Positions 32,141 through 44,388 are shown, counted from the stretch's first letter. The stretch is 64,000 bases of DNA from Ectobacillus sp. (GCA_041640875.1 JBEPZN010000010.1:51062-115061), one strand, 5' to 3'. The notes: generated by a model not told the origin, from the letters alone. Translations and numbers: made by a program.

Positions 32141-33534
32141 TGGCAAAAACATTGTTCGATAAATTGTGGGAACGTCACGTTGTAGCGGAAACTGAAGGCG
32201 GGTCTGAACTCATCTATATCGATCTTCACCTTGTCCACGAAGTAACGTCTCCACAAGCGTTTGAAGGGCTTCGTCTTGCAGGCCGTAAGGTAAGAAGACC
32301 TGATTTGACTTTTGCTACGATGGATCATAATGTTCCGACAAAGGATGTTTGGAATATTACAGATGCGATTGCGAAGAAGCAAATGGATACGCTAAGCGCA
32401 AACTGTAAGGAATTTGGCGTGACGCTTGCCGGTATGGATGATGAGCGCCAAGGGATTGTTCACGTAATCGGTCCTGAACTTGGATTAACTCAGCCAGGCA
32501 AAACAATTGTTTGCGGTGACAGCCACACATCTACACACGGTGCGTTCGGCGCTTTGGCGTTTGGTATTGGTACAAGCGAGGTTGAGCACGTATTAGCTAC
32601 ACAAGCGCTTTGGCAAAAGAAGCCAAAGTCAATGGGTGTGGAGCTGAAAGGCAAACTTGCAAAAGGTGTATACTCTAAAGATATTATTTTACATTTGCTT
32701 GCGATGTACGGCGTTTCCATGGGAACAGGGCACGTGATTGAGTTCTACGGAGAAGCAATTGAAAATATGACGATGGAAGAGCGAATGACGCTTTGTAACA
32801 TGGCGATTGAAGGCGGGGCAAAAGCGGGATTGATTGCACCTGACGAAACGACATTTGCTTACGTAAAAGGCCGTCCTTTCGCTCCAGAGAATTTCGAAAA
32901 AGCTGTAGAAGACTGGAAAACACTTTTTACAGATGAAGATGCTGTCTACGATCGCCACGTAACTGTGGATGTATCTAACCTTGCTCCGTACGTGACTTGG
33001 GGAACAAATCCTGGCATGGGTGTAAGTGTAGATGCAGTGCTTCCGCCAGCTGCTGATGTAAATGATGAGCGTGCTTATGAATACATGGGGCTTACACCTG
33101 GGCAAAAGGTTGAGGATATTGAAGTGCAGCATGTATTTATCGGTTCCTGTACAAACTCCCGCCTTTCTGACCTAGAGGAAGCAGCTTCCTTTATCAAAGG
33201 GAAGAAGGTAAAAGAAGGAGTACGGGCTCTTGTTGTTCCTGGTTCAAAGCAAGTGCGTAATGAAGCGATGAAAAAAGGACTTCATGAGGTGTTTATTGAA
33301 GCAGGTTTTGAATGGCGCGAAGCAGGCTGCTCTATGTGTCTTGGAATGAACCCTGACCAAGTGCCAGCAGGTGAGCATTGTGCATCTACTTCTAACCGTA
33401 ACTTTGAAGGACGTCAAGGAAAAGGCGCACGTACACATCTAGTCAGCCCAGCAATGGCTGCAGCGGCAGCTGTACACGGGCGTTTCGTTGACATTCGAAA
33501 GGAGGAGCACCATGCAGCCGTTTCTTACGCATAA
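32140..33534 (+). CDS. leuC: 3-isopropylmalate dehydratase large subunit
   Basis: [35 protein letters not shown]. Confidence 0.97.
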   Translation: MAKTLFDKLWERHVVAETEGGSELIYIDLHLVHEVTSPQAFEGLRLAGRKVRRPDLTFATMDHNVPTKDVWNITDAIAKKQMDTLSANCKEFGVTLAGMDDERQGIVHVIGPELGLTQPGKTIVCGDSHTSTHGAFGALAFGIGTSEVEHVLATQALWQKKPKSMGVELKGKLAKGVYSKDIILHLLAMYGVSMGTGHVIEFYGEAIENMTMEERMTLCNMAIEGGAKAGLIAPDETTFAYVKGRPFAPENFEKAVEDWKTLFTDEDAVYDRHVTVDVSNLAPYVTWGTNPGMGVSVDAVLPPAADVNDERAYEYMGLTPGQKVEDIEVQHVFIGSCTNSRLSDLEEAASFIKGKKVKEGVRALVVPGSKQVRNEAMKKGLHEVFIEAGFEWREAGCSMCLGMNPDQVPAGEHCASTSNRNFEGRQGKGARTHLVSPAMAAAAAVHGRFVDIRKEEHHAAVSYA

Positions 33535-34078
33535 GGGAACAGTAGTAGCATTAATGAATGATAATATTGATACGGATCAGATTATCCCGAAGCAATATTT
33601 AAAACGTATTGAACGTACAGGTTTTGGTGAGTTTTTATTTGATGAATGGCGCTATTTGGATGATCGCAGCGATAATCCAGAATTTGCGTTAAATCAACGA
33701 AAAGGTGCTACGATTCTTATCTCTGGAGAAAACTTCGGATGCGGTTCTTCTCGTGAGCACGCGCCATGGGCGTTAGCCGACTATGGTTTTTCAGTAATTA
33801 TTGCTGGAAGCTTTGCCGATATTTTCTATATGAACTGTACAAAAAATAGAATTCTTCCGGTTGTTCTTGATGAATCTGCACGTAAGAAGCTTGCTTCACT
33901 TGCTGCTGATGTTGAGATTGCAGTAAACCTTGAAGAACAAACTGTTACAGCAGGAGACGACACTTTCTCCTTCTCTATTGAACCGGTTTGGCGTGAAAAG
34001 CTATTAAAGGGCTTAGACGATATCGCTGTTACTCTTCAATACGAGAAAGAAATCGCTCTGTACGAACAACGCGTATAA
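33512..34078 (+). CDS. leuD: 3-isopropylmalate dehydratase small subunit
   Basis: [25 protein letters not shown]. Confidence 0.96.
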   Translation: MQPFLTHKGTVVALMNDNIDTDQIIPKQYLKRIERTGFGEFLFDEWRYLDDRSDNPEFALNQRKGATILISGENFGCGSSREHAPWALADYGFSVIIAGSFADIFYMNCTKNRILPVVLDESARKKLASLAADVEIAVNLEEQTVTAGDDTFSFSIEPVWREKLLKGLDDIAVTLQYEKEIALYEQRV

Positions 34079-34083
34079 AGTGT

Positions 34084-34126
34084 AGAAAACCTTCAATGCG
34101 GCAGATGCCAATTGAAGGTTTTTCTT
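34084..34126 (+). terminator. ilv-leu operon terminator
   Basis: agaaaaccttcaat...attgaaggtttttct; immediately followed by a 5' fragment of the repeat (cactgtaggaaa, 34129-34140). Confidence 0.8.
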
Positions 34127-34158
34127 TACACTGTAGGAAATCTTCGACTCGAAACTAT

Positions 34159-34215
34159 TTGACATACCTTTCGTTCCTCGGTATCTTTTAGGTAGCAACT
34201 TTCGTTTCGAAAGAT
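34159..34215 (+). promoter_or_regulatory. Sigma-A promoter of his operon with downstream palindrome
   Basis: TTGACA-17nt-TATCTT; CTTTCG-TTT-CGAAAG palindrome near start. Confidence 0.6.
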
Positions 34216-34228
34216 AAGGGGTGTTTTT

Positions 34229-35491
34229 ATGACAAAGTGGAAACGAGCAATTCCAAGCGGAACGAGGGACGTTTTATTTGAAGAGTGCACATTAAAGGAA
34301 GAAATTGAACAGCGCCTGCGTCGTGTGTTTATATCGCGCGGTTATGAAGAGGTGCGTACACCAACAATTGAGTTTTATGATGTGTTTTCCTTCCGTAATC
34401 GCCCGATCGATGAAGAAAAAATGTATAAATTTTTTGATCATCAGGGCCGTATTTTAGTGCTTCGTCCTGATATGACGATTCCAATTGCCCGTGTAGTAGG
34501 CTCTACGATGATGAAGCCGCCGCTTAAACTCACATATAGCGGAAATATTTTTCGTGCAAATAAAAGCATGACAGGGAAATACAATGAACTCACGCAGACT
34601 GGGATTGAGATTATCGGTGTTGATAATTTGCGTGCAGAGATAGAATGTATTGTAAGTGCGATTACAGCCTTGCAGGCAGTAGGTCTCACACAGTTTAAAA
34701 TCGAGATTGGTCAAGTAAAACTCTACAAGTCTATCGTTAAAAAGCTTTCTTTAACAGAGGAAGATGAGGCGATTTTGCGTGAATATATCGAAAATAAGAG
34801 CTATACAGGGCTCTCTCAATTTTTAGAGAAGAAGCAATTTGATCAACAGGATGACACTGTTCAGTTGCTTCAGCGTTTGCCTCGTTTATTTGGCGGTTTA
34901 GACGTAATTGACGAAGCCGAAAGTTTGGCTGCCAATGCAGAAATGAAGGAAGCGATTCAGCGCGTTCGCGATATATATGAAACGGTGGAACGACTAGGAT
35001 ACGGTCATTACATATCCGTAGACTTAGGTATGATTCAAAACCTTCATTACTATACAGGGGTCATTTTCCGTGGCTATGCGCATGAAATTGGAGAGGAAAT
35101 TTTAAGCGGCGGGCGTTATGACGAGTTAATGGAGCATTTCGGGGAGCCGCTTCCAGCGACTGGACTTGCTCTTGAGGTAGATCAAATTGTACGGGTGCTT
35201 AAGGAGCAGAATCCACCTTCAAAAGAAGAACCGACAGAAGTGCTTATCCATTATTCATTAGAAACAATTGAAGAAGCAGAACGGTTTCGCGCTTTATATA
35301 TTAAGGACGGCGTAAAGACTGAGTTATCTATGATGTCTTCGCTGCAGGAGACATTCAGCTTTGCAAGAGCAAACCGTATTTCTACTGTTGTTGATACATC
35401 AGGCGACAAGCTTAAGGAGTACGCTTGGAAAGAAAAATGGGAGCTGGAAAAGGAGGGAGAAACCTCATGCGTCACATTCAAATCGCGTTAA
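34229..35491 (+). CDS. hisZ: ATP phosphoribosyltransferase regulatory subunit
   Basis: [23 protein letters not shown]. Confidence 0.95.
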   Translation: MTKWKRAIPSGTRDVLFEECTLKEEIEQRLRRVFISRGYEEVRTPTIEFYDVFSFRNRPIDEEKMYKFFDHQGRILVLRPDMTIPIARVVGSTMMKPPLKLTYSGNIFRANKSMTGKYNELTQTGIEIIGVDNLRAEIECIVSAITALQAVGLTQFKIEIGQVKLYKSIVKKLSLTEEDEAILREYIENKSYTGLSQFLEKKQFDQQDDTVQLLQRLPRLFGGLDVIDEAESLAANAEMKEAIQRVRDIYETVERLGYGHYISVDLGMIQNLHYYTGVIFRGYAHEIGEEILSGGRYDELMEHFGEPLPATGLALEVDQIVRVLKEQNPPSKEEPTEVLIHYSLETIEEAERFRALYIKDGVKTELSMMSSLQETFSFARANRISTVVDTSGDKLKEYAWKEKWELEKEGETSCVTFKSR

Positions 35492-36102
35492 CAAAAGGGA
35501 GACTGGAAAAACAAGTTGTTCCACTTCTTGAGAAAATCGGTATTGATTGCTCAGAATTAAAGGATAAAGGAAGAAAGCTTGTCTTTCATAGTCATAACGC
35601 AAATGTCTCCTTTATTCTCGTCAAGGCAGTCGATGTGCTTACGTATGTCGAGCATGGAGTTGCTGACATTGGTATCGTCGGAAAAGACGTGATAATGGAG
35701 AATGAAAAAGAATTATATGAAATGGTGGATTTAGGAATTGGCCGTTGTAAATTCAGCGTGGCATCGATTCCTTCTTATAACCCGGATAGCTATAAAAAGA
35801 AAACAATTGCTACGAAATATCCAAATGTTGCCTCTGCACATTTCCGCCGCAAAGGTGAAGATGTAGAAATTATCAAGATAGAAGGCTCTGTAGAAATTGC
35901 GCCTCTTCTTGGCCTTGCAGATGCGATTGTTGATATTGTTGAAACTGGTGCAACACTGCGGGAAAATGGCTTAATTGTATTTGAAGATATTTGCGATATT
36001 TCAGCACGTCTCATTGCAAATAAAGCTTCCTTAAAAATGAAAAAAGACGAAATGTTCTCAGTTATTACGCAAATTGAAGAGCATCTGTCAGCACGGGTAT
36101 AA
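35467..36102 (+). CDS. hisG: ATP phosphoribosyltransferase (short form)
   Basis: [30 protein letters not shown]. Confidence 0.96.
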   Translation: MRHIQIALTKGRLEKQVVPLLEKIGIDCSELKDKGRKLVFHSHNANVSFILVKAVDVLTYVEHGVADIGIVGKDVIMENEKELYEMVDLGIGRCKFSVASIPSYNPDSYKKKTIATKYPNVASAHFRRKGEDVEIIKIEGSVEIAPLLGLADAIVDIVETGATLRENGLIVFEDICDISARLIANKASLKMKKDEMFSVITQIEEHLSARV

Positions 36103-36114
36103 GGAGGACGCAGC

Positions 36115-37416
36115 TTGAAAATTTTATACGGAGATATCTCTAGCATTCTAAATGATATGACTGTGCTTCGGGAAGAAGCAGGACGAGTGGAAAAAACTGC
36201 AGCGGAAGCGGTAGAGCGCATTATCGCAGATATCAAGACGCGTAAGGATGAAGCGCTGCGTGAATATACAAATCGATTCGATGGAGTCGAGCTAGAATCA
36301 TTTCGTGTCTCAGCAGAAGCAATAGAACGCGCAGTAGAATCTGTTGAGCCCTCCTTTTTAGAAGCATTAGAAGGTGCAAAGCGCAATATTGTGTCATACC
36401 ATGAGAAGCAAAAGCGACAAGGCTTTGTAGATGCAGATACAAATGGTATTATACGCGGACAATTGATCAGGCCGCTTCATACGGTAGGCGTGTATGTACC
36501 AGGTGGTACGGCTGCATACCCTTCCTCTGTATTAATGAATGTGCTTCCTGCCAAAATTGCAGGAGTGAAGCGTATTGTGATGGTAACACCTCCAGGAAAG
36601 GATGGCGTAAACCCTCATATTTTAGCCGCTGCCCACATTGCAGGTGTAGATGAGATTTACAGCATCGGCGGCGCTCAGGCAGTTGCAGCGCTTGCGTACG
36701 GCACTGAATCGATTCCGCGTGTTGACAAAATTGTTGGACCGGGCAATATGTATGTAGCGCTAGCAAAGCGTGCTGTATTTGGTGCTGTTAACATTGATAT
36801 GATTGCGGGACCGTCTGAAATTGTCGTCATTGCCGACGAAACAGGAAATGCGTCGTTTATCGCAGCTGATTTGTTGTCACAGGCAGAGCATGATACAAAT
36901 GCGACAGCGATTTTGATTACAACAGACAAGGAGCTTGCGCAGCAGGTGAAGCAGGAAGTGGAGCGACAATTGCGGGAGCTGCCACGTGCGGATATCGCTA
37001 GAGCTTCTGTTGAGGCGAACGGTGCGATTGTTGTTGTGGATTCACTGCAGGAAGCATTTGCTGTATCAAATGAAATTGCTCCTGAGCATTTAGAGCTTCA
37101 TATTCATGAGCCGATGACGGCGCTTGCGGATATCCAGCATGCTGGCTCCATCTTTATTGGACCGTACGCACCGGAACCGCTTGGTGATTATTTCGCCGGA
37201 CCGAATCATGTGCTGCCAACGAGCGGAACTGCGCGCTTTTTCTCCGCGCTCTCCGTTGATGATTTTGTGAAAAAATCAAGCTTTTTATCATATACAAGAG
37301 AAGCGTTAGAGCAAGTAAAGGATCAAATTGTTATCTTAGCGGAAAAAGAAGGTCTGCAGGCTCATGCGCGTGCGATTTCGATTCGCTTTGAGGAAAAAGG
37401 AGGAGCAGATGAATGA
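36115..37416 (+). CDS. hisD: Histidinol dehydrogenase
   Basis: [25 protein letters not shown]. Confidence 0.97.
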   Translation: MKILYGDISSILNDMTVLREEAGRVEKTAAEAVERIIADIKTRKDEALREYTNRFDGVELESFRVSAEAIERAVESVEPSFLEALEGAKRNIVSYHEKQKRQGFVDADTNGIIRGQLIRPLHTVGVYVPGGTAAYPSSVLMNVLPAKIAGVKRIVMVTPPGKDGVNPHILAAAHIAGVDEIYSIGGAQAVAALAYGTESIPRVDKIVGPGNMYVALAKRAVFGAVNIDMIAGPSEIVVIADETGNASFIAADLLSQAEHDTNATAILITTDKELAQQVKQEVERQLRELPRADIARASVEANGAIVVVDSLQEAFAVSNEIAPEHLELHIHEPMTALADIQHAGSIFIGPYAPEPLGDYFAGPNHVLPTSGTARFFSALSVDDFVKKSSFLSYTREALEQVKDQIVILAEKEGLQAHARAISIRFEEKGGADE

Positions 37417-38000
37417 CACGGACAGCAGAGCTTTCACGGGTAACAGCAGAAACAGATATTACCGTATCAATTGATTTAGACAATCCAGCAGAAGTGAGCA
37501 TTGAGACAGGAGTTGGCTTTTTTGACCATATGCTTACAGCATTTGCTAGACACGGACGTATTGGACTGAAGGTGCGAGCAAATGGAGACTTACACATCGA
37601 TTCTCACCATACAGTAGAGGATGTTGGTATCGTTATCGGGATGTGTATCAAGGAAGCTCTTGGCGACAAAAAGCAAATTAATCGATATGGCACGTCCTAC
37701 GTTCCAATGGATGAGGCATTGGGCTTTGTTTCATTGGATATTAGCGCACGTCCGTTTTTAGTATTTGATGCAGAGCTCACAAATAACCGTCTTGGAACAT
37801 ATGATACTGAGTTAACAGAGGAGTTTTTCCGTGCTGTTAGCTTTAATGCAGGCATCACACTTCATGCGCGTGTGCTGTATGGAACAAACACACATCACAA
37901 AATTGAGGCGTTGTTTAAGGCGTTCGGTCGTGCTCTATCAGAAGCGGTAGAGATTAATGAAAAGATTGTAGGCATCAATTCAACGAAGGGAATGCTGTAA
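37413..38000 (+). CDS. hisB: Imidazoleglycerol-phosphate dehydratase
   Basis: [21 protein letters not shown]. Confidence 0.97.
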   Translation: MTRTAELSRVTAETDITVSIDLDNPAEVSIETGVGFFDHMLTAFARHGRIGLKVRANGDLHIDSHHTVEDVGIVIGMCIKEALGDKKQINRYGTSYVPMDEALGFVSLDISARPFLVFDAELTNNRLGTYDTELTEEFFRAVSFNAGITLHARVLYGTNTHHKIEALFKAFGRALSEAVEINEKIVGINSTKGML

Positions 38001-38001
38001 T

Positions 38002-38631
38002 ATGATCGCCATTATTGATTATGGAATGGGGAATTTGCGCAGCGTTTCAAAGGCGCTGGAGCATATTGGAGTAACATGTGAAATTACTGATAATTCGGAA
38101 ACAATCCGCCAAAGCGACGGAATCATTTTGCCAGGCGTTGGTGCGTTTCCAAAAGCAATGAAGGAGCTGGAGGAACGCGGATTAATTTCTCTTATTAAAG
38201 AACAAGCAGACTCCGGCAAGCCAATGCTAGGCATTTGCTTAGGGATGCAGTTATTATTTGAGGCAAGTGAAGAAATTGAATTCACTGAGGGTCTTGGGTT
38301 ACTCCCGGGTACCGTACGCAAGCTGCCTGCGGGTCGCAAAATTCCGCATATGGGCTGGAACGCGTTGGAGACGAAGCAAGAGTCACCATTGTTGCAAGGT
38401 CTTACAGGAAATCCATATGTATATTATGTCCACTCCTTTTATGCGGATACAGCAAATGACGTGATAGTGGCAGGAAGCGACTATGGCGTATTTGTACCAG
38501 GTGTTGTTTCAAAAGGAAATATTTACGGCGCACAATTCCATCCGGAAAAAAGCAGCGACGTTGGATTAAAAATGCTACAAAATTTTAAGGAGTTGGTCGA
38601 AACATGCTCATCTTCCCAGCAATTGACTTAA
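38002..38631 (+). CDS. hisH: IGP synthase glutaminase subunit
   Basis: [21 protein letters not shown]. Confidence 0.97.
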   Translation: MIAIIDYGMGNLRSVSKALEHIGVTCEITDNSETIRQSDGIILPGVGAFPKAMKELEERGLISLIKEQADSGKPMLGICLGMQLLFEASEEIEFTEGLGLLPGTVRKLPAGRKIPHMGWNALETKQESPLLQGLTGNPYVYYVHSFYADTANDVIVAGSDYGVFVPGVVSKGNIYGAQFHPEKSSDVGLKMLQNFKELVETCSSSQQLT

Positions 38632-39323
38632 AAAATGGACGTTGTGTTCGCTTATATCAAGGACAATTTCAACAGGAAACCGTTGTAAACGAAAATCCGC
38701 TTGAGCAAGCGATTGTATTTGAAAAATTGGGTGCCCCGTTTCTTCACCTTGTCGATTTAGATGGTGCATTAGATGGTACGCCAACGAATTTACCTGTAAT
38801 TGAAAGTATTGCACGTACGTTAAAGATTCCTGTCCAAGTGGGCGGCGGCATTCGTTCGATGGAGACAATTGAGGCATTATTATCCGTTGGTGTATCGCGT
38901 GTGATTATCGGCACAGCTGCGCTTTTAAATCCAGCATTTTTGCAGGAGGCACTTGATAAGTACGGAGAGCGTATTGTTGTCGGCATTGATGCAAAGGATG
39001 AATTAGTTGCGACAAGAGGCTGGCTTGATGTATCAGATGTTCATTACATTACACTTGCAAAGCAAATGGAAGAAATGGGAGTAAAAACAATTATTTTTAC
39101 TGATATTTCCCGAGATGGAACACTTACAGGTCCAAATCTTGAGCAGCTTAAGGCTTTGCAGGATGCAGTGAACGTCGATATTGTTGCATCTGGCGGTGTA
39201 AGCTCCCTAGAGGATATTAAAAACTTACATGAAATGAAGCTGTATGGTGTGATTACTGGTAAAGCTTTATACGAAGGGAAATTCGCGCTAGAAGAAGCGC
39301 TGCAGGCGGTGGCAGTATGTTAA
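38604..39323 (+). CDS. hisA: ProFAR isomerase
   Basis: [27 protein letters not shown]. Confidence 0.97.
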   Translation: MLIFPAIDLKNGRCVRLYQGQFQQETVVNENPLEQAIVFEKLGAPFLHLVDLDGALDGTPTNLPVIESIARTLKIPVQVGGGIRSMETIEALLSVGVSRVIIGTAALLNPAFLQEALDKYGERIVVGIDAKDELVATRGWLDVSDVHYITLAKQMEEMGVKTIIFTDISRDGTLTGPNLEQLKALQDAVNVDIVASGGVSSLEDIKNLHEMKLYGVITGKALYEGKFALEEALQAVAVC

Positions 39324-40075
39324 CGAAGCGCATTATCCCTTGTTTAGATGTGAAAAATGGACGCGTTGTAAAGGGTGTAAACTTCGTTGGGCTGGCAGAC
39401 GTTGGGGATCCAGTAGAGATTGCTGAAATTTACAACCGAGCTGGAGCGGATGAGCTTGTATTTTTAGATATTACCGCAACACATGAAGGACGTAAAACGA
39501 TGATTGACGTTGTAGAGCGCACAGCAGCTGAAGTATTTATTCCACTAACAGTTGGCGGCGGCATTGGTTCAGTTGAAGAGATGTATAATCTACTGCGTGC
39601 TGGAGCGGACAAAATTTCACTAAACTCTGCAGCGGTTCGTAATCCACAGCTGATTGCAGAGGGTGCTGAACATTTTGGAGCACAATGTATCGTTGTAGCG
39701 ATTGATGCAAAGCGTGTTTCTGACGGTAAGTGGAATGTGTTTGTAAGTGGAGGGCGTATCGATACAGGGCTTGACGTATTAGAGTGGGCGAAAAAGGCAG
39801 AAGAGCTTGGTGCGGGTGAGATTTTGCTGACAAGCATGGATGCGGATGGTACGAAGCAAGGCTATGATTTAGAATTAACGGAAGCTGTTTGTCAGGCGGT
39901 TACAATCCCAGTCATTGCATCAGGCGGCTGCGGCAATAATGGTCATATTGTAGAAGTATTCCAGGAAACATCAGTGGATGCAGCATTAGCAGCGTCGATT
40001 TATCATTATGGTGAAACGACGATTGCAGAAACGAAGGAAGAACTTGCAAAGGCGCGTATTGAGGTGAGACGATGA
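39317..40075 (+). CDS. hisF: IGP synthase cyclase subunit
   Basis: [25 protein letters not shown]. Confidence 0.97.
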   Translation: MLTKRIIPCLDVKNGRVVKGVNFVGLADVGDPVEIAEIYNRAGADELVFLDITATHEGRKTMIDVVERTAAEVFIPLTVGGGIGSVEEMYNLLRAGADKISLNSAAVRNPQLIAEGAEHFGAQCIVVAIDAKRVSDGKWNVFVSGGRIDTGLDVLEWAKKAEELGAGEILLTSMDADGTKQGYDLELTEAVCQAVTIPVIASGGCGNNGHIVEVFQETSVDAALAASIYHYGETTIAETKEELAKARIEVRR

Positions 40076-40377
40076 AGCCTGATTTTTCTAAAGGCCTATT
40101 GCCTGCCGTTATTATTGATGATACAACGAATGATGTGTTAATGCTTGGTTATATGAACGAAGAATCTTATGCCAAAACATTAGAAACAAAAACAACATGG
40201 TTTTTCTCCCGCTCCCGCAATAAACTGTGGAACAAAGGAGAAACGTCTGGGCATTTTCAGCATGTGAAAGAAATGTATCTAGATTGCGACCAAGATACGC
40301 TGCTTGTGCGCGTAGATCAAATCGGACCGGCATGTCATACAGGAAGCCGCACTTGTTTCTTTACGAAGGTGCTGTAG
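40072..40377 (+). CDS. hisI: Phosphoribosyl-AMP cyclohydrolase
   Basis: SRSR, KGETSG, DCDQD, ACHTG. Confidence 0.96.
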   Translation: MKPDFSKGLLPAVIIDDTTNDVLMLGYMNEESYAKTLETKTTWFFSRSRNKLWNKGETSGHFQHVKEMYLDCDQDTLLVRVDQIGPACHTGSRTCFFTKVL

Positions 40378-40389
40378 GAGGAAAAGAAA

Positions 40390-40713
40390 ATGACAGATGT
40401 ATTGCGTGCATTGTACGAAAATATTGTAGACCGGAAGAACAATCCGGTAGCTGAGTCATACACAAATTATTTATTTGCCAAAGGCGAAGATAAAATTTTA
40501 AAAAAGGTGGGCGAAGAAGCCACTGAGGTCCTTATTGCAGCGAAAAACAATGATAAGGAAGAGCTCGTTTATGAGATTGCCGATTTAACTTATCATTGCC
40601 TTGTTCTCCTTGCTGAGAAGGGGATTGCGCTTGAGGATGTAAAGAAAGAGCTAGAGCGCCGGCAAGGAAAGTTGTCTAAGACAGCAGATCGAAAAGAAAT
40701 CGAGAGCCTGTAA
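40390..40713 (+). CDS. hisE: Phosphoribosyl-ATP diphosphatase
   Basis: [20 protein letters not shown]. Confidence 0.96.
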   Translation: MTDVLRALYENIVDRKNNPVAESYTNYLFAKGEDKILKKVGEEATEVLIAAKNNDKEELVYEIADLTYHCLVLLAEKGIALEDVKKELERRQGKLSKTADRKEIESL

Positions 40714-40730
40714 GGAAAGGAGGGAACTGT

Positions 40731-41157
40731 ATGAAGGTCGATTATCATCTTCATTTAGAGGAAGGGCCGTATTCGCTCTGGATTATTCGATTTTGTGGCA
40801 CATCTTGATAATATGAAGGTGTTTAGCTATCGACCGGATGAAAATACAGTGCTTCCTTACTATGAACGTATTGCGAAGGTCCTGCTGGAAACAAATGTAG
40901 CAACAGAGATTAATGCAGGTTTGTATTATCGTTATCCCGTGCAGGAAATGTGTCCAAGTCCGCTCTTTTTAAGCGTCTTGGCGAAGCACCAGGTTCCGAT
41001 TACAGTTTCCTCTGATTCACATTACCCAGATGATATCGGCAGTTACGTTGCACAAAATGTGGAAACATTGCTTCGCCATGGCTTTACAGAGGTTGCAACG
41101 TTTGAAAAGCGCAAACGGATTATGAAGCCGCTTGAGTCGTCTATATTGCAGCGATAG
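40731..41157 (+). pseudogene. hisK: PHP-family histidinol phosphatase with large out-of-frame internal deletion
   Basis: AGGAGG RBS then MKVDYHLHLEEGPYSL, jumps to another frame SGLFDFVAHLD...EINAG...SSDSHYP; catalytic middle missing. Confidence 0.85.
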
Positions 41158-41231
41158 GAATATAATGTCACTCGTGAAATAACGATTTTGGTTCAAACTA
41201 AAAGCGAAGTATCACGAAGGGGGCAATATGT

Positions 41232-41354
41232 ATGAGTCAAAATGAGCAGTATAGAGACACAGGCAAGCTGACAAATTATCATTATGGTACAGAAAAGGAT
41301 ACACTTACGAAAAAGAGAAATAAAAGCAATACACAAGATGGCAATAAAAAATAA
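41232..41354 (+). CDS. 40-aa hydrophilic basic small protein
   Basis: AAGGGGG RBS, MSQNEQYRDTGKLTNYHYGTEKDTLTKKRNKSNTQDGNKK, stop lies in bidirectional terminator shared with pssA. Confidence 0.55.
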   Translation: MSQNEQYRDTGKLTNYHYGTEKDTLTKKRNKSNTQDGNKK

Positions 41355-41372
41355 TCCCCTTATGCGAGGGGA

Positions 41373-42074
41373 TTATTTTTTATTGCTGCTTTTTTCAAAA
41401 TGTCTGCGTCGTAAAAACTGTGATAACATGTAAAGAATATAGAGAGGAAGTGCAATGAATAAAAATTCTGGCATACGTTCCGCTTCTCGCTTATACAAGG
41501 TGAAGATAATTGCAATCAAAAAGAGTGTAACAATAATGCTGTATTTTGGAATTGGTATATCTTTTAAGCTTGGAATTTGAATGCGGCTTACCATCAAAAT
41601 AGCAAAGATGATAAAGATGAGAATAAGTACAATGTTTGGAATCACGCGAGAAAATAATGTGAGAAACGCTACAATTCCTCCTGCTGCTGTAATTGGAACA
41701 CCTGTGAAATACTTTAAGGATGTTGCAGTTGCTGTTACGTTAAAACGTGCTAAGCGGTACGCACCAAATAACGGAAATAGTCCGGCTATGTACAATCCGG
41801 CAACACCGTATTGTGAAAAAGAGGTATAGTACATTAAGAGGGCAGGTGCTGCTCCAAATGTCACTACATCTGCGAGAGAATCCAGCTCTTTTCCAAGAGG
41901 GGAATCAACTCGCAGCAAGCGGGCAATTCGTCCGTCGAGACTATCGAGCATCATGCCAATTAAGACGAGAATGGCAGCTGACCTGTAATGTCCAGTAGAT
42001 GCGTAGCCGATAGATAGAAAACCGCTGTATAAATTTCCGAGTGTAAATAAATTCGGAATGGCTGCTCTGTACAA
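41373..42074 (-). CDS. pssA: CDP-diacylglycerol--serine O-phosphatidyltransferase
   Basis: IPNLFTLGN, DSLDGRIAR, GKELDSLADVVTFG, RLARFN. Confidence 0.93.
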   Translation of the reverse strand: MYRAAIPNLFTLGNLYSGFLSIGYASTGHYRSAAILVLIGMMLDSLDGRIARLLRVDSPLGKELDSLADVVTFGAAPALLMYYTSFSQYGVAGLYIAGLFPLFGAYRLARFNVTATATSLKYFTGVPITAAGGIVAFLTLFSRVIPNIVLILIFIIFAILMVSRIQIPSLKDIPIPKYSIIVTLFLIAIIFTLYKREAERMPEFLFIALPLYILYMLSQFLRRRHFEKSSNKK

Positions 42075-42319
42075 TGTGTGATCCCTTGCTTTCTTTTTAA
42101 TTTTTTTCTTTAGTGTACAACAGTTTGTTCAATTTATCATAACACACTTTTAGAAGCTCATACCATAAAATTCCCATAATGGAAAAAAGGATTCAATTTA
42201 TCATTTACTGTATATGTATTGCTGAAAGTAAAATATGAAGATAAGGGTTGTACATAGAACGAAAAAGAAGGGATGTAACATCCCTTCTTTTTCGCCTCGT
42301 AGCAAGCAGATCGTCATTA

Positions 42320-44203
42320 TTACTCTAATATTGTTGTCATCGTTCCTGTATTTCGTTTGTTGCTAGGGTCGAAACGAAGTAAATCTCCGTAAATCAGCTT
42401 ATCTGAATTCCTCAGCTCAAGTTTGGCTTTTTGTTTATATGGTTCGCATAGTTGTTCTTCAATCGGCTCGCTTGTCTGTTTCGCGTAGCAAATATTTTTC
42501 GTATATACGTAATCATTTGTGATGAAACTACCATCACGCATAATAACAAGCGGATCTTTTTCTTTAATAAACAGATCTGTTCCAAATTCTGTACTTTTTG
42601 TTGTTGAAATTCCAAGCAGGTGAAGGAGGGTCGATTTTACATCAATTTGTCCGGATACCTTAGAAATAATTTGCCCGGACTGCCCTGGAATATGGATGAT
42701 CAGCGGAACACGCTGCAGCTGCATGGAATCAACAGGTGTGATTTCGTTTTTGCCAAGAAACTGTGCCATAGCTGCATTATGGTTTTCAGAAATACCGTAA
42801 TGATCTCCATAAATGACAATGATCGTATTGTCATACAGTCCTTCCTCTTTCAGACGCTGTATAAAATATTTGATTGCTTCATCTGTATACCGCACGGTCG
42901 GGAAATATCGATTTACAATCTCGCTCTCTGAATCATACTCCTCCATGAGACGGTCCTTCGGGTCAATGGTAAATGGAAAATGATTGGTTAGTGTAATAAA
43001 TTTTGTATAAAATGGCTGTGGCATCTCTTTTAAATGCGAGATGGATTGTGCAAAGAAGTCTTTGTCTTTCAGTCCCCAGCCGACGGAATTTTGCTGCGTA
43101 CCAACGAAATCCTGTTGATGGTAATACCGGTCATATCCAAGTGATGGATACATGAGATCGCGATTCCAAAATGTTTTGTCGTTAGAATGGAGCACAGCTG
43201 AAAAGTAACCGTAATCCTTTAGTATTTCAGGTGTTGCTGTATATTCATTGTTAAAATGTGTAAAGAATACGGAGCCGCGATCAAGAGGATAAAGCGAGTT
43301 TTCGATAGTAAACTCAGCATCCGATGTTTTCCCTTGTCCTGTTTGATGGTAAAACTGATCAAAATAGTAGCTTTCTTTTATAAAGCTATTTAGAAATGGC
43401 GTAATTTCCTCACCGTTTATTTTTCGATTGATGACAAAGCTTTGCGTGGATTCCATGGAAATTAAAATCACATTTTTCCCTTTAGCAACACCAAACATAG
43501 CTGGATTGGTTCCCTTGTCCTTTACTTTTACATAGTTTTCAATTTCTGCAAACGTATTGCTGCTTGCAAATACTCGCTGTGCGGATGATCTAGACTGCAG
43601 AACAATATCATAGAGATGGTATGTGTAAAGACCGAGATTCTTGACAATCATTTTTCTATCAAATGAACGCGCAAATAACTGAGGCTTATAGACTTCAGCC
43701 ACCATTACATGGAATAAAAACAACGAAGCCGCTCCCAGAAAATAAATAGATTTTTCTTTTTTGATAAGAGGAGAGACATCAGCAAAGCGCGGGAACTTTC
43801 GAGAAACAAATAGTAAAATGAAGAGATCAAAAAACATAAATAGTGTTTTGTATGTCATCAACTCACGGATACTTGTGCCAAGGTCAGCCATATTATTCGT
43901 TTGAAATACGACAGGCAATGTTACAAAGTCATTGAAGAAGCCATAAAATATTGCATTTGAAAACAACAATACAGACAAAAGAAAGCTAATGAGCATAACG
44001 TAGCGGTTTCGATATGTATTAGTTAATAGAGCAGTCCCAAGAAATAATAAAAGTGTGCTAACAGAATTGACAAAGAGGATGATTTCCTCAAACGCGTTCT
44101 CAATTCTTATATCAAACGCAAGCTTATATACAGCATAAGTTTTTAGCCAAAGAAGAGTGACGGCTAAAAGGGTAAAGCGCACCTTCTTAAAAAATGTATT
44201 CAT
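42320..44203 (-). CDS. ltaS: Lipoteichoic acid synthase (LtaS family)
   Basis: 5 TM N-terminus, SMESTQ, GKTSDAE, TLTNHFPF, YGDHYG. Confidence 0.92.
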   Translation of the reverse strand: MNTFFKKVRFTLLAVTLLWLKTYAVYKLAFDIRIENAFEEIILFVNSVSTLLLFLGTALLTNTYRNRYVMLISFLLSVLLFSNAIFYGFFNDFVTLPVVFQTNNMADLGTSIRELMTYKTLFMFFDLFILLFVSRKFPRFADVSPLIKKEKSIYFLGAASLFLFHVMVAEVYKPQLFARSFDRKMIVKNLGLYTYHLYDIVLQSRSSAQRVFASSNTFAEIENYVKVKDKGTNPAMFGVAKGKNVILISMESTQSFVINRKINGEEITPFLNSFIKESYYFDQFYHQTGQGKTSDAEFTIENSLYPLDRGSVFFTHFNNEYTATPEILKDYGYFSAVLHSNDKTFWNRDLMYPSLGYDRYYHQQDFVGTQQNSVGWGLKDKDFFAQSISHLKEMPQPFYTKFITLTNHFPFTIDPKDRLMEEYDSESEIVNRYFPTVRYTDEAIKYFIQRLKEEGLYDNTIIVIYGDHYGISENHNAAMAQFLGKNEITPVDSMQLQRVPLIIHIPGQSGQIISKVSGQIDVKSTLLHLLGISTTKSTEFGTDLFIKEKDPLVIMRDGSFITNDYVYTKNICYAKQTSEPIEEQLCEPYKQKAKLELRNSDKLIYGDLLRFDPSNKRNTGTMTTILE

Positions 44204-44254
44204 AATTCGAGCTCCTCTCCGATGAAGACTGGCAAACGTATTCTTTATTTTTTA

Positions 44255-44388
44255 CACTTTAAGAAAGTATAAATTTCTAACTGGAAGACAATTCGACGTA
44301 GTGAGAAATTTTAGGAACAAAGTATAAGTGCAACTACGCCTCTGTCTTCGCCCAAGGGCAGGGCTCGCCAATCGGCGAGTTTTCTTTA
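44255..44388 (+). repeat. ~133-bp structured intergenic repeat, full copy
   Basis: Matches consensus. Confidence 0.95.

Noticed and set aside
34229-40713. hisC missing from his operon
   Set aside because: Normal in Bacillus, where hisC lies elsewhere
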